A stretch of DNA of 64,000 nucleotides from Octopus sinensis (GCF_006345805.1 NC_043005.1:92070001-92134000); one strand, 5' to 3'. Shown: positions 35,501 to 49,900, numbered from the stretch's first letter. Notes: generated by a model not told the origin, from the letters alone. Made by a program: numbers and translations.

Positions 35501-38500
35501 CCCGATGTAACTAGCAAACACCTTTCCGCAGCAGCTGAACTCCTCCTCTAACATTCCTATACTGTTTCCTTTCTCATTGTCCATTTCTGGTTCAAGTCCA
35601 TTTCGTTTTTTTCTGTCCCTAAGAAAAAATATATATGTATATATATATTTATATTTATTATATTTATCTTTAACTCTTTAGCATTTAAACTGACTGAAAA
35701 ATATTTTACTTGTTTTATGCTAACTGGCTGGCTCTGGTTTCTTATACCCACTCTACAATGTCATTCAAAAAATAAACAATCACATCACTGAAATCTCAAA
35801 GCTACAAGATATTGCATGATTAATTTAAAACTGAATGAATAGACACAACAGAGGCAGTCAACTGATATTATGAATTTCATTTAAAATTTCTGGCCTTGTG
35901 CCATTGTAAAAAAAAAACAGTTTAACTTAATGTTACGTTTTAAATGAGTTGGATTATCTCTAACAGTTTTAGGCAGTTTCTGAGACACCAATCTACATAG
36001 CATTCTCAATAGACAGCCTTGCATAAAATTTGTTCTTGGTTATAAACATTAGTGAAAACCTTTCCTCACAATCTTATCAATGGATAAGAACAGCAAAAAG
36101 CTTTCCACACAGTTTGTAGACTCAAGTTGCATTTAGCTAGTTTCTATAATTTCCGTATTTTTATATTTCAGTATTTTTACAAACCTCATATATCCTTGCA
36201 TTTGCTTTTTTCATAACCCAAGCAGTCAACAGTACCTCAGTTTGAAAACACCTGCATTATGGTATTGTTTCTTAAAGCATGTAATTGTGACCTCTTCTGA
36301 CATGTTAACATCTTTTTTTCTTTACCAGAAATAAGCTACTAACACAGTATACTTTCATTGTTTTGAAGACTTCTACAGCTTCCTTGCTTTGCCTTCAAGC
36401 AGAGTCTTTTGAGCATTAAAGAAAATTGACAGTGGATTAATTGAGGTGTAATGAGTGTCTTTAGGTGAAACCCTAACCCTAACCCTACCAGGATTTCATC
36501 CATTATGGAAATTTTTTCAAAAGTCACTCAAAGATATGTTTGCAGTAGAGTGGCCTTTGTATATGTTTGCTCTTTGCTTTGGTTAACCATGTCTACATAT
36601 ATACCAATAGATGTATGTAGTTAGCTGGATAATTGGCCCCTGAAATTACTGGTATAGTAGTTGCATCTATTACATTCTAGAAAGAAGCAACTGCTATTGA
36701 AACTATTTTGCCAGTGATTTGGTATTATACCACTGTGTACTGCTATCTAATTGACTATTCAAATGTCTAATGCTATACCCTATTTCACCAAGTATCTTCA
36801 GTGTCTCTGTGTGCTGTGTGTTAGAGGCTTGCTTCCCAACCACATGGTTCTGGATTCAGTCCCACTGCGTGGCATCTTGGGCAAGTGTCTTCTACTATAG
36901 CCTTGGGCCAACCAAAGCTTTGTGAGTGAATGATTTGGTAGACAGAAACTGAAAGAAGCCAGTATATATATATATATATATATATGATGAGCTTCTTTCA
37001 GTTTCTGTCTACCAAATCCACTCACAAGGCTTTGGTTGGCCCAAGGCTATAGTAGAAGACACTTGCCCAAGATGCCATGCAGTGGAACTGAATCCAGAAC
37101 CATGTGGTTGGGAAGCAAGCTTGTACCACACAGCACACAGAGACACTGAAGATACTTTGTCGCTGGAAAAAGCATATAGTATTTTACAAGTGGGGTGAGT
37201 TTTCATCACTATCTGGTGATTAACACATGCTGAGGAAGGGTAACCACCCAGAAACTCAAGCCCATGTGTATCATGTAAGGCTAGGGATGGGAGTGATGAC
37301 ATCCCCTCGCAACTACTAATCGGACACAGAATGTGTGTTGTTAGCCAGCTGGAAGAGATGTCTTCCTGGGGCTATAAATGTCAGTAGCACTGTCCTGTAA
37401 AGGACGCCACACTTGGTTGGCAATTATATGTTATGATTCCATATTACTACTGTTTACATCTCACTCAGAGATTTAATATAGCCCATATGTGTGTGTGTGT
37501 GTGTGTGTGTGTATTTGTCCCCACCTCACTGCTTGACAACTGAACACACACATACAATGAGCTTCTAAGCAGTTTCTTTCTACCAATTTCACCCACAAGA
37601 CACTGGTCAAGCCAAGACAATAGTAGAAGACATTTACCCAATGTATTGCAGAAAAGGATTGAATCAGTGACCAGAAAGTTTTGGAACAAACTTCTTAGCC
37701 ACACAGCCATGCCAAGAAGCCAAATAACATTTAGCTTTATCTATTTAACAGAAATAGGTGCTGGTGTAGCTGTGTGGTAAGAAGTTTGCTTCCTAACCAC
37801 ATGGTTCCAGGTTCAGTCTCACTGCATGGCACCTTGGGCAAGTGTCTTCTGCTATAGCCCTGGGCTGACCAAACCCTTGTGAGTGGATTTGGTAGACGGA
37901 AACTGAAAGAAGCCTGTTGTATATGTTTATATATCTATGTGTGTGTCTTTGTGTCTTTGTTTCTCCCCCACCATCACCACTTGACAACTAGTGTTGGTGT
38001 GTTTATGTCCCCATAACTTAGCAGTTTGACAAAAGAGACTAATAAAATAAGTGCCAGGTTTAGCAAAAAAATTAAGTACTTGGGTCTTTTCGTTCAACTA
38101 AAAATTCTTCAAGGTGTAGTCCTAGCATGAGCATTGTTTAATAATTGAAACAATTACATACTTAATGATAAAAATCTTAAAGATAGATACTTAATGTGTG
38201 TGTGTCATTGAAAAGTCAGAAGCTGCATTTTTTTTTGTCTGAGAAAAATCGCTTTATAGAAGGGATTTTCCCCAGATAAATATCTGCAACTTCCGACTTT
38301 TCAATGACACATATTTGAGCTTGCTATATTGACAAAGTTTTTACTCAAGAACTACATCTATTGCATACGTTGAATGATATTTAGCCTTTAGTTTGGAAAT
38401 TATGTGCCATTTGCTAAACTTTGAACTACAAAGTCATCGACCTTTATATAATTTCTGTCCCTTTTCCATTGATTTGTAGGTGTGCTATTCCAGGTTGGAA

Positions 38501-41500
38501 GAATGACACTTTTCAAATCCATAGTGCAGTCCAGTCTCAGGATGTTGAACATTACATTCCAAAAGATAATCCTCATTGTATGGTTTATAAATGGAACAAT
38601 TCAGAGGAATCTGTTTTGGAAAAACCTTTTGAAGAGGTCCCATGCCGTTCTTGGGTTTATGATGAATCATCTGTTCCTGGAACGGCAGCTACAGAAGTAG
38701 GTATTTCTTTTCTTTGATTCTCAGTGACCATTTTGTTTCCATTTTAATAAATAAATCAAGCAAATTATTTTCTTTTCATTAATATTATATTGTGTTAATA
38801 AGGTGTATAATTAATAATCAATGTCATAGAATATTATGATACATCTTGAATTATAGTTATAAATTGTTAAATAATAATATGGTTAGATTTTGCAAGGGAG
38901 TGAGATATGGTAAGATGAATAGAGATAGTGCTGTCTTAAGGTGTTTGCACATTGACCAATTGCCCATGGGCCTGACAGATCTAAGGACTCAATTCGAACC
39001 TATGTATGCTTTGGCTGCTGTCAATCATCATCATTTTCCATTCTCTATGCCAGCATGGGTTGGACAGTTTGACTGGAACTGGTAAGCCGGAGATCTGCAC
39101 CAGGTTCCAGTCTGTTTTAGCTTAGTTCCTACAGTTGGATGGCCTTCCTAACATCAACCACTCCACAGGCACCTGTACCAGGTGCCTTTTATATGTTACC
39201 AGCACTGGCCATGGCTATGACTTCACAAAGCTTGCTATGTCTTCTCAGCCACAGCAAATCACCAACAGTCTCAGTTGCTTGTCCTTGCCTCCATGAGATT
39301 CAATATCCGAAGAACATATTTCATCACCTCATCCCACATCTTCCTGGGTCTACCTCTTCCACTGGCTCCCTAAATAAATAAATAATGTATGCCAGCGCCG
39401 CCTTGACTGGCTTCTGTGCCAGTGGAAAGTAAAAAGCACCAACTAATCGTGGCCGCTGCCAGCCTCCCCTGGCACGTAAAAAGCACCCACTACACTTATG
39501 GAGTGGTTGGCGTTAGGAAGGGCATCCAGCTGTAGAAACACTGCCAGATCAGACTGTAGCCTGGTGCAGCCTCCTGGCTTCCCAGACCCCGGTCGAACCA
39601 TCCAACCCATGCTAGCACGGAAAACGGACGTTAAACGATGATGATGATGATGATTATAGGACTCAGTGTACTGATTTGCCTGATAACTGGAGGCCTAAAA
39701 TGCTGCAAAGATGGCTTTGAGTGTAGAATATTTGTTGAAACTAGCAGAGAGAAAAAGAGATGACTGTAATACATTTATCGTGTAACATTATTGTGCCCTT
39801 CTATCAGATAACTACTCATTCAAAACTCATTTTTTATGCTCCTTTTTGAGCTTTGTAGTTGATAGATATCTTTATCTCACTGAGTGAATGTGAATGTCCT
39901 TTCTTAGATCCTAAGCTTCTTTCTTCATTTTGCTGTCTTTGATCACTTACTACTATTATCATTATTACTTGTCAAACTCATATGAGATTTGATCTTTCAT
40001 TTATACGTGTGTGTGTGTGTGAAAGGTTTAGTTCAAGTAGGACATTTTGAACTTTTTAGGGGGCCCAAAAAGTTACATTTCTAATAAAGATTCTTCATAT
40101 CAAAGTGGCAGCTTGCTATTGCAAGTATTTAAAATATGAAAATATGACAAGTAAAAAGTGCATCATGAACCTATTTAGGATATAATGCTATATAAACTCA
40201 ACCAACAGTTTAAAAAAATGGAGAAATGAAGTTGTTAAAAGTTTTTCTAAAGTTTTAATCCATACGATTGTTTTGAATGATAATACCAGCATGTAAGAAA
40301 CCTGGAAAAATTAAATTGATTATAATAATAATTAAAATAATAATTAAATTAAATTAATTTTTCCAAGTTTCTTACATGCTGGTATTATCATTCAAAACAA
40401 TCGTATGGATTAAAACTTTAGAAAAACTTTTAACAACTTCACTTCTCCATTTTTTTAAATGTTGGTTGAGTTTATATAGCATTATATCCTAAATAGGTTC
40501 ATGACACACTTTTTACTTATATATAACTGTGAATGTGGAGAGGCAGGTGTAGTCAATAGTGTGTGTTAACTTTGCTTGCATTTGGATCTGTGGAAGATAT
40601 GCTAGAACTTGCGTTTTCAGAAAGAAAATGCTTCATGTTGTCTATTAAGTAATTGTAGTGAATCATGAATTAATATTTGGAGGGCTTCCTTAAGGCAGAG
40701 TCCACATTCTGAGCACTGGCTTTGGTGTGGGACACCAGAATCTATTATGGCCCAGGTTATCCTATATAGTAATTTCTTATTTATCAGGTGTTGTATGTGG
40801 TTGGCTACAAAATATTGGCAAATACAAGAAGCATATAGGTTAAGTGTATGTGATTGATAGTATATATATATACACACACCAGCTGATTAAGAATCTGTTA
40901 TGTAATGGAAACAGTTTTAGATTAAAATAGCCATCTGTGTATTATACCTAATGCAAATGCATTGTGTGAAGGCAAATTATGTCATATTCACTCTTATAGA
41001 TGTACTTTGTTTAATAACACAAATATATCAGTAACAGATAAAAATTGACCAGCAGTAGAGGAGAGAATTGTTACACTTGATAATAATAGAGTCAATGACA
41101 TCTTTGCAAATTATTTCCCCGTAAATTATTTGCTGCGTATTGAAATCATAAATATACATATACACACACACACATATATATACATATATATATTTTTTTT
41201 ATATGTCCTCTGTGAGGAGGACTCTTAGAATAAGCTACAATGAATCTAATGGAGAAATACCCCCAGGGATGCTCGAGAGGTGAAGAGAATGAGTACCCCA
41301 GTCAGATGGACATAGTCCCTAGCAATGGACAACGGACTATGAGCAAGAAATGTACATGCGGTAAAGTCTGCAAGAACACCCATGGCCTAAAGATCCACCA
41401 AGTGAGGATGAAGTGTCCATTGGGAGCAGAAACATCACATTGCACAGGTGTCTAACCTGGTGAGATGCAGGAGGAGCCAGGCCCAGAGTCACCCCATAGT

Positions 41501-42898
41501 GCCTGGAACCTCCAAGTGGTGGAAACTAATCCCCTAAGCATCAAATCTGACAGGAGGCAGATCAAATGGCCAGCAGCTAGCACGATCTCACTGTGGAAGC
41601 AGTTCGATGATGATGTCGACCAAATTCTAGAGGTAGCGGTAAAGGGAGGGGCTGACAAGAGGCTGCAAGCTATGACAACAATCACAATGAGCTTCACAGC
41701 TGGATGATTCGGCAAGGAGGAGAAGTAAAACTCTGGAACAATTTACTCAAAGAATCAAAGAGCTATTAGGATCCATAATATCAGGCAGAATATGAAGGCA
41801 CTGAATTCTCAATACAAGAAGGCCAGAGATGAAGAACGCATTGGCCTGGCCCAGCTAATGTGCAGCCTACAGAAAAAGATCAGGGTACTCCACCGGAATG
41901 AATGGCACCAAAGGTGGCACCGTGAGAGGGCACACAAGCGTGCTGCCTTTATCTCCAATCCCTTCAAGTTCACTAAGGATTTGTTAGGGCAGAAGTGCAG
42001 TGGTAAACCCGCCACCTCAGAGGAAGACATAGATTGGCATCTGAAGCAGATGTACAGCAACCCCCACAAGAGGGCAGAGGTTGGGAGAGTGTAACATCCT
42101 CATAGACCCCACTGAACCATAGGTGGAGTTTGACATGACAGAGCTGCAGCTAAAGGAAGTCAGGGATGTTGTCCGCAGAGTAAGGACAAGCTCTGCTCCA
42201 AGACTGAGTGGCACTTCATAAAAAGTGTATAAGAACTGTCCCAAACTTCTGCTGCATCTGGGGAAAATCCTGCAAGTCTTCTGGAGAAGAGGAAGGATCC
42301 CAGAACAATGGAAAGTAGCTGAGGGGGTGTGGATTCTGAAGGAGGAAAACACCACCCAGATAGACCAATTCCACATCCTCTCCCTGCTGTTTGTGGAGGC
42401 AAAGATCTTTTTCAGCATTATTTCCAAATGGCTGTGTGCCTACCTGAGTCAGAACACCTACATCGATATTCTGTCCAGAAGTGGAGAATTTGGTAAATGC
42501 TAGGCTGTCTGGAGCATACCGGTGTGGTAACACAGCTGATTTCATAGGCAAGAGAGAATAGGGGTAGCCTGTCTGCTGTGGCTTGACCAGGTAAATGCAT
42601 TTGGCTCCATTCCACAGAAGCTGATTCAGCTCACGTTGACAAAACATCATGTTCCCAGCAGGTGTAGAGACCACACTGCTGATTACTACACCAATTTCAG
42701 GATGAGGGTTTCTTTGGGAGCAATAACATCACGCTGAGACAAGGTGGAAATTGGTATTATCAAAGGGTGCACTATCTCTGTGACACTATTCTCCCTAGCC
42801 ATGAACATGCTTACCAAGTCTGTTGAGCCAAGGTGCAGAGGGTCCCTATCAAAATCTCGACAAAGGCAACCATCCATTAGGGCATTCATACATGTATG

Positions 42899-42943
<45 letters not shown>

Positions 42944-43894
42944 GTATATATATGTATATGTGTATATATCATCATCATCATTTAACGTCCGTTTTCCATG
43001 CTAGCATTAGTTGGACGGTTTTGACTGAGGGCTGGCAACCAGATGGCTGCACCAGGCTCCAGTCTTGATCTGGCAGAGTTTCTACAGCTGGATGCCCTTC
43101 CTAACGCCAACCACTCCGAGAGTGGGTGCTTTTTACGTGCCACCTGCACAGGGGCCATTCAGGTGGTACTGGTAATGACCTCGCTTGAATCTTTTTACAT
43201 GTGCCACTGACAAAGGTGCCAGTGAAGCGACGTTTGTAATGATCACACTCGAATGGTGCCCTTTTACATGCCATGGGTATGGAAGCCAGTTGGCTGCTCT
43301 GGCAACGATCACAACGATCATGCAAGGCGAAGCTGGTAACAATCATACTCGAATAACCGCTCTGTCAACGATCACACTTGTATGGTGCTCTTATATATCT
43401 CTCTCTATATAAACGGCAGTTTGTCTGTGCGTGTTTCTGTGTGTCTGTTTGCTTGTACCCTCACCCTGACCACGGCTTTCAACCGATTCTGATGAAACTT
43501 GACATAGCCCAATGTCATAATTCAAAACTAACGCAGCGAAAATTTTGAAAAGTTCCCCCAGTTCTGAAAAAAATCGATAAATTCGACATGGGGTCGAGAA
43601 TCAGAAACACAAACCGCAAACTGTCTAGGGGACGCAACTCCACCATTTTTTACTCTCAAAAAAGATTTACCATCATTTTTTTCCATTTTTTTGCTATTTT
43701 TTGGCTATAACTCTCTAAAAATGCTTTATAGTTATTTCCCTTACAAACCTGAGCAACGCCGGGCGATACTGCTAGTATATATATATATATATATATATAT
43801 ATGTAGGTCCCGGGTTGATTCGGGAGCTTCCTGATGATTTCTCTTGAATGAAACAGTTCTAGTCCTGTAGAAGCTCCTTCTATATAATAAATAT

Positions 43895-43954
<60 letters not shown>

Positions 43955-46900
43955 CACACACACACACATAAAATATATACAGTTTTCACTATGCATATAT
44001 ATTATATACATAGTGAAAATATTAATAGTGAAACTATTAAAATTGAAAGTATTATCTCACATTACAACAGAGACATTATTGTTTCATTTTTTACATTTAA
44101 ACCAAAACAGTGTAAAAGATTGCTCCAGGCTCACATTAGGCAAGAAGTTGAAAACTTCTGGGGCCCATGACACTACATGGACCCTATGTAGTGTGTGTGT
44201 AAAACTTGAATGAAATCACTTGGATAGTTCTCAAGTTTTAGTGATGTACACATACAGACAGATAGACAGACAGACACACATTATCAGTTTTATTATTATT
44301 ATTGTTGTTGTTGTTGTTGTTGAAATTTCAAGTTGATAAAAATGATTTGCATTTATAAAGGTAGGGAGAAGGGAGAAAAAGAGAACAAATCAGATTGAAA
44401 AAAATGTTGTAATCGAATTTGAATTAAAAATCAATATATGTAAGTTCAAAACATGAAGAAATCCAATTTATTTTAATTTAGATTTTTCATGACATGTTTG
44501 AATTTCAATTTCAAATCCACTGTTACTATTGATTTTCATGAATTAAAATTACAAAATAATTTTATCTGTTTGAAATTTTGAACTGTATTGCCATCCTTGA
44601 TAAAACTACAGAATGTTTCTTCTGTAAGGACTCTCTTGAAAGAATTTCTCTATTTTCAGATGGATTTGGTTTGTTCCAGAGAAGTGTTCCAGTCTCTAGT
44701 CAATATGCTGTTTATGGGTGGAATTTTTGTGGGTTCCCTCTTCTTTGGTGTCATTTCAGACTGGTAAGTGCACATGGAACATGGGAACAAGTTTCTGCTA
44801 TCTTCAAGCCAGTAATGCTGTAGATAGGGATGAACGTGTAAAGGCAAAGTGGTGTAGTGGTCAGGGTATTTGGCTCATGCTCAAAAAGTTGTGAGTTTGA
44901 TTCCTGATAGTGCATTGTGTCTTTGAGTTTGACACTTTATTTCACTTTGTCCCACTCCACTCAGCTGGGAAAACTGAATAGTGCCTGTATTTCTAAGGCT
45001 AGCCCTGTCACATTCTGGGTCACACTGAATCTCCCTGTGAACTATGTTAGGGATTATGCATATTTGTGGAGTGCACACATGCACATTCATTACATGAGCA
45101 GGCTGTTCCATTGATTGAATCAATTGGAACACAGAGTGTCCAGCCATCAGAGCCAAATATTTTGACACAAGGCCATCAGTTTCAGGAGAGAGGCTTAAGG
45201 CGATTGCATTGACCCCCAGTGTTCAACTGGTACTTATTTCATCAACACCGAAAGGATGAAAGGCAAAGTTGACCTGACAGAATTTGAACTCAGGATACAA
45301 AGATGGACAAAGTGCCGCCAAGCATTTTGCCCCACATGCTAACAATTATGCCTGCTCATCACCTGAAACACTTCAAATGTTAAAGAGAAATCTGTTTATT
45401 TAAAATTTTTCCATACACCCATGCACAAACTTCTGTGTATATATAATTATATGTATATTTACTCGTCTTTATATGCATCATCATCATCATCATCATCAAC
45501 GTCAATTTTCCATGCTGAATTGTCTGTTCTGGCATGGTTTCTATGGTTGGATACCCTTCCTAATGCCAACCACTTCACAGAGTGTGCTGGGTGCTTTTTA
45601 CATGGTACCAGCACCCACAAATATTTGTTTTTGTGTATATATATATACATATATTGGTGATATAAAAGTAGGCATTGTCATGCAGCAGAAGAACTCCATA
45701 CTGACAATTAGGTCTTTTCTCTTGAATAACCATGTTGAGTCATTCCATCTGTTGAACATAGAGTTCTGTGTTGACTGTTTGGTTCCGTTCAAGCAATTCG
45801 TAATGGATAATGTCTTCCCAGTCCCACCATATGCACAACATCGTTTTACGTGGATGAAGATCTTGTTTCATGTGCAGTGTCGCTTGTTTACCGGGGCTAA
45901 GCCATTCCTTACGCTGCTTCATATTGATGTACAGGCAACATTTTTCATTGCCAGTAATGATTCGGTAAAGAAATCGTTGCTTGTGTCCATGAGTTGAGTG
46001 GTGACGAGCAAGCAAACCAGCAGAGATTGTGGCTCGTTGATTTTTGTTATTGTCACTTAAAGCATGTGGAACCCATGCTCCATACTTCTGAACCTTTTCC
46101 ATCGAGTGAAGATGTTTCATTGAACTCAACTGGACGGCCAGAACGTAGTGCGTCTTTGAGGTCAAAATTTCCATTTTTGAACATGGCATACCAATCACGA
46201 GCGGTTCTTTCAGCTATTGCACCCTCCCCATACACAGCACAAATGTCATGAGCAGCTTTTGCGGCTTTAGAACCTTGATTAAAAGCAAAAAGAAGGAGGT
46301 GTCAAAAATGCTCGTTTTTCTTAACTTGACATTCTATTTTAATGATCTGAAACTAAACAAAAATTAACTAGAAAAAAAAAACAAACTAGATTCCAAAATG
46401 ATTCAAAAATAGAATTCTCAAAAAAAATAGATTCCAAAATTATAAAAAAATGGTGGGAACTTAGTTGCCTACCCAATATATACATACATATATATAAAAA
46501 AACTTTCAATTTAATTATCTGTTTATTTTACATCCCACAGGAAAGGTCGCAGAGTATCCTTATACCTTTCCCTGGTCCTCTGGATACTGTCTTCCCTCCC
46601 ACTTTATTTTGTCAATGATATAAAACTGCTTGCCGTTCTTCGATTTCTGATAGGATTTTCTGGAAATGGCATTTTCATGAATTCTTTTATTCTTGGTAAG
46701 TTCACAAAATCTTTTAAAATGCAAACTTTTGTCTTCATTTTACAAAATATAATTATATTTTCAAAAATTAGTACATATTTTTTACAAGAATTAGAGACAA
46801 TCAATAAAATAATATTTAAGAAGGGAAAATTGTAAAATTTACTGCTCTGTAATAGAGATTAAAATATTTGACTGCCATACACTAGATCCTGAATTCTAAG

Positions 46901-49900
46901 CTTACTACTCTAGCTATTGTAGATTAAGATGTTCACTTCTTGGTCACAAGGTCTGGGTTCAATTTCACATCATAGCATCTTGAACAAACTTCTTTTACTT
47001 AAGTTGACCCAAAAGTTGTAAATGAAATTGGGTAAACGAATTTCAAAGGTTCAGCCTTGTCATATTCTGTTGCACTGATTCCATCTGTGACTTGTGTTAA
47101 AGATACACGTACCTGTAGTGTTCTCAACTGCTTACACACTAATTAAAAGGAATTTGGAGATCCATTTATTATAAGCCATTCTGATGTTCTCCTTTCTAGC
47201 AAAGTTGTTCCAGTGTGTGACACAAATCATTCCAAAGTCTTAAAGAATAACTGACTTATATAGAACTGTACTTGCTGGCTTTGAAAAATTGAATTTATGA
47301 TGTTTGGCATTAAAAAATACTCTGTACAGTTCTGAAGATTGGTTTATGGACACTGCATAAAACACGTCCAATAATTCCAGATAAGTGGAGTTCATTAAGG
47401 AGATACAAATAATTGATTTTTAAGCATGGTTTGACTATGATATGATTGGGTGATGATCACAGTAAGACAAAACTTTGAACCTAGTTCTTTAACTGATATT
47501 TTTTAGTTTATATCTCCTATTACATTTTTTATTACACAACTAAAACTAGCCTATCATTCATATTGGTGTTCCTAGAATTGTAGAATCCAGAAGACTCTTC
47601 TCTTTGTAATGTTCACATGGTTGTATATTACCTAAATGCTGATACAAGTTTCAAAAGTACATTCCAGATAACAATTTCTCTTAGGCCTCTCCATTCTTAG
47701 GAACAAATCATGATATTTTTGTTCCTTACTTCGTGAAGTAATATATATAACATGTTTTTTTTTTGTTTTGTTTTTTGCCATTGTGACACAAGTAAACTGG
47801 TTCTTTCGATACATTATATATCATATCTTATTCTATGACACAAGAAAAAAACAGTATAAACAAGGCTGAACAGATCCTATGAAACAGCTGGCTGACCAAG
47901 GCCAGCTTTGAAATCTAAGCAGTAAACTTTTTAAGATAACAAGGAAGATAACATTACAATTACTAAAATAAGACTATATTATATGCTATGAAGTGAATTC
48001 AGTAATTTAAAAGACTGCTATGAAATAGCAAGCTTTAGATCTACTTGCTAATTCAATATCATTCTATACTTTTACTTTTTCAGCTATAGAAATTGTATCC
48101 AGTCCTTACAGATCTTTAGTTGGTTTAATTAGTCAAATACTTTTCTCTGTTGGAGAAATCATAATCTGTGGTATTGCCTTCTTAGAACGAGATTGGCATA
48201 TGCTCTGTCTTTTGTCAGCTGTCATTTACATACCATGCCTTATCTACTGGTTGTAAGTAACTTGTCCTTTTTTTATTATTTCACTCAATGCATCAAAGTC
48301 CTCTTGAGCCTTTGTCTATAAAATCTAGTCTTTTTTATACAATCACTAATTCACGTTTGAAATTTGAATACATATTTGGTAAGTTTTTGAAATGAGAAAA
48401 CGAATTAAATTTTCTAAAAATTCTTTTAAGAACATAGTTAAATATTCCATAATCATCTTTGGATTACTTTCCTAAACCCTAATTTGAACCATCAGTTTGA
48501 ATATTCATAAAGGTTCACTTGCTTTAGAACTGATAATTGGAAAGTTTAATGAGGTTGAAATCTGTTGTCACTCAAGAAGAATAAATTCTTAAAGGAATAC
48601 TGTTCATGGACCTTCATATATGCATGCACACACACACACACATACACAGATATGTATACACCATTTTTCTCTACACTCTTCAAAGTGTATGTTCAAACTA
48701 ACGATATACATAAATTTTTCATGCCATGCAGAGATGAGAATCCTCATATTTTGAACAAAGCCCTTGTTTGCAAAGAGAGAAATTTTTTAAAGTTTTTGAA
48801 TAACACTAAAAATATTCAAAAACTTTAAAAAATTTCTCTCTTTGCAAACAAGGGCTTTGTTCAAAATATGAGGATTCTCATCTCTGCATGGCATGAAAAA
48901 TTTATGTATATCGTTAGTCTGAACATACACTTTGAAGAGTGTAGAGAAAAATGGTGTATACATATCTGTGTGTGTGTGCATGCATATATGAAGGTCCATG
49001 AACAGTATTCCTTTAAGAATTTATTCTTCTTGAGTGACACTAAGAATGTGCATTCAAAAAAACTGTGTTGGAAGAAAGAGATAAGAAATAGAGAAAGATA
49101 AGTGATAAGAGTAAATGTGAAGTAACCAAGCTAAAAGTGCTATGAGCACAATTTGAATTCATTTAAATATTCATCATTTGAAAGTCTTCATTCTTTGCTT
49201 TCTCTCATTTTACGTGTATCATCATTTATTTTACCTCCCGAGGAAATCTTTGGAAATGGAGGAACTTCATAACTTTTTAATGCACCATCTCTTGAAGGTC
49301 TTCGACTTCATATTGTTTTAACTGATTTCAGTGATTCAATTGTGGTCATGCTGGAGCACTCCCTTCAAAACCAATGGGTTTGGGTTGCACTTGTAATTTA
49401 AAAATCCAATCTATCATGTAGATCCCATCTGAGAACTAAATAAAGAGTACGCATGTTTGTGGAATACTCGGCCACTTATACACTGGTTTAATGATGAGGC
49501 AGCTCAGTTTGTTGAACAACTGAGCCACCTGCTCACTGAAACTCTCAGATATCCATTTATTTGCTATTTCATTACTTTTCTAAAATTCCAGCACTGTTTC
49601 TGTATATTTTATCAATTTTCTGGTGTGCATATAACATTTCCATCTGTTTCATTTATTCTTTAAACATTAAAGTCAATTTTCTTCTCTCTGATAGTTTCGT
49701 AAATGAATCTCCACGATGGTTGACTTCACAGGGTAAATTTGAAGAAGCACAAAATCTCTACAGAAAAATAGCTAAAACCAACAAAATAGAATTTCCTGAA
49801 GATGATGCCAATCTCGAAGCACCAATTATTTCTAACACTAAAAAAGGCAGTTTGGTTGATTTATTCAAATCTAGAATTCTATTTTGGCGTAGTCTAATCA

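Noticed and set aside
36469-36488. (CCCTAA)n telomere-like run; also GGTTAGGG at 28243-28262
   Set aside because: Only 2-3 units; too short to call an interstitial telomere.
43488-43500. CTGATGAAAC inside the Helitron; also CTGATGA at about 27555, about 58515(-) and about 61127
   Set aside because: No matching stem II, GAAA and stem III geometry; each is explained by Helitron or SINE sequence or by chance.
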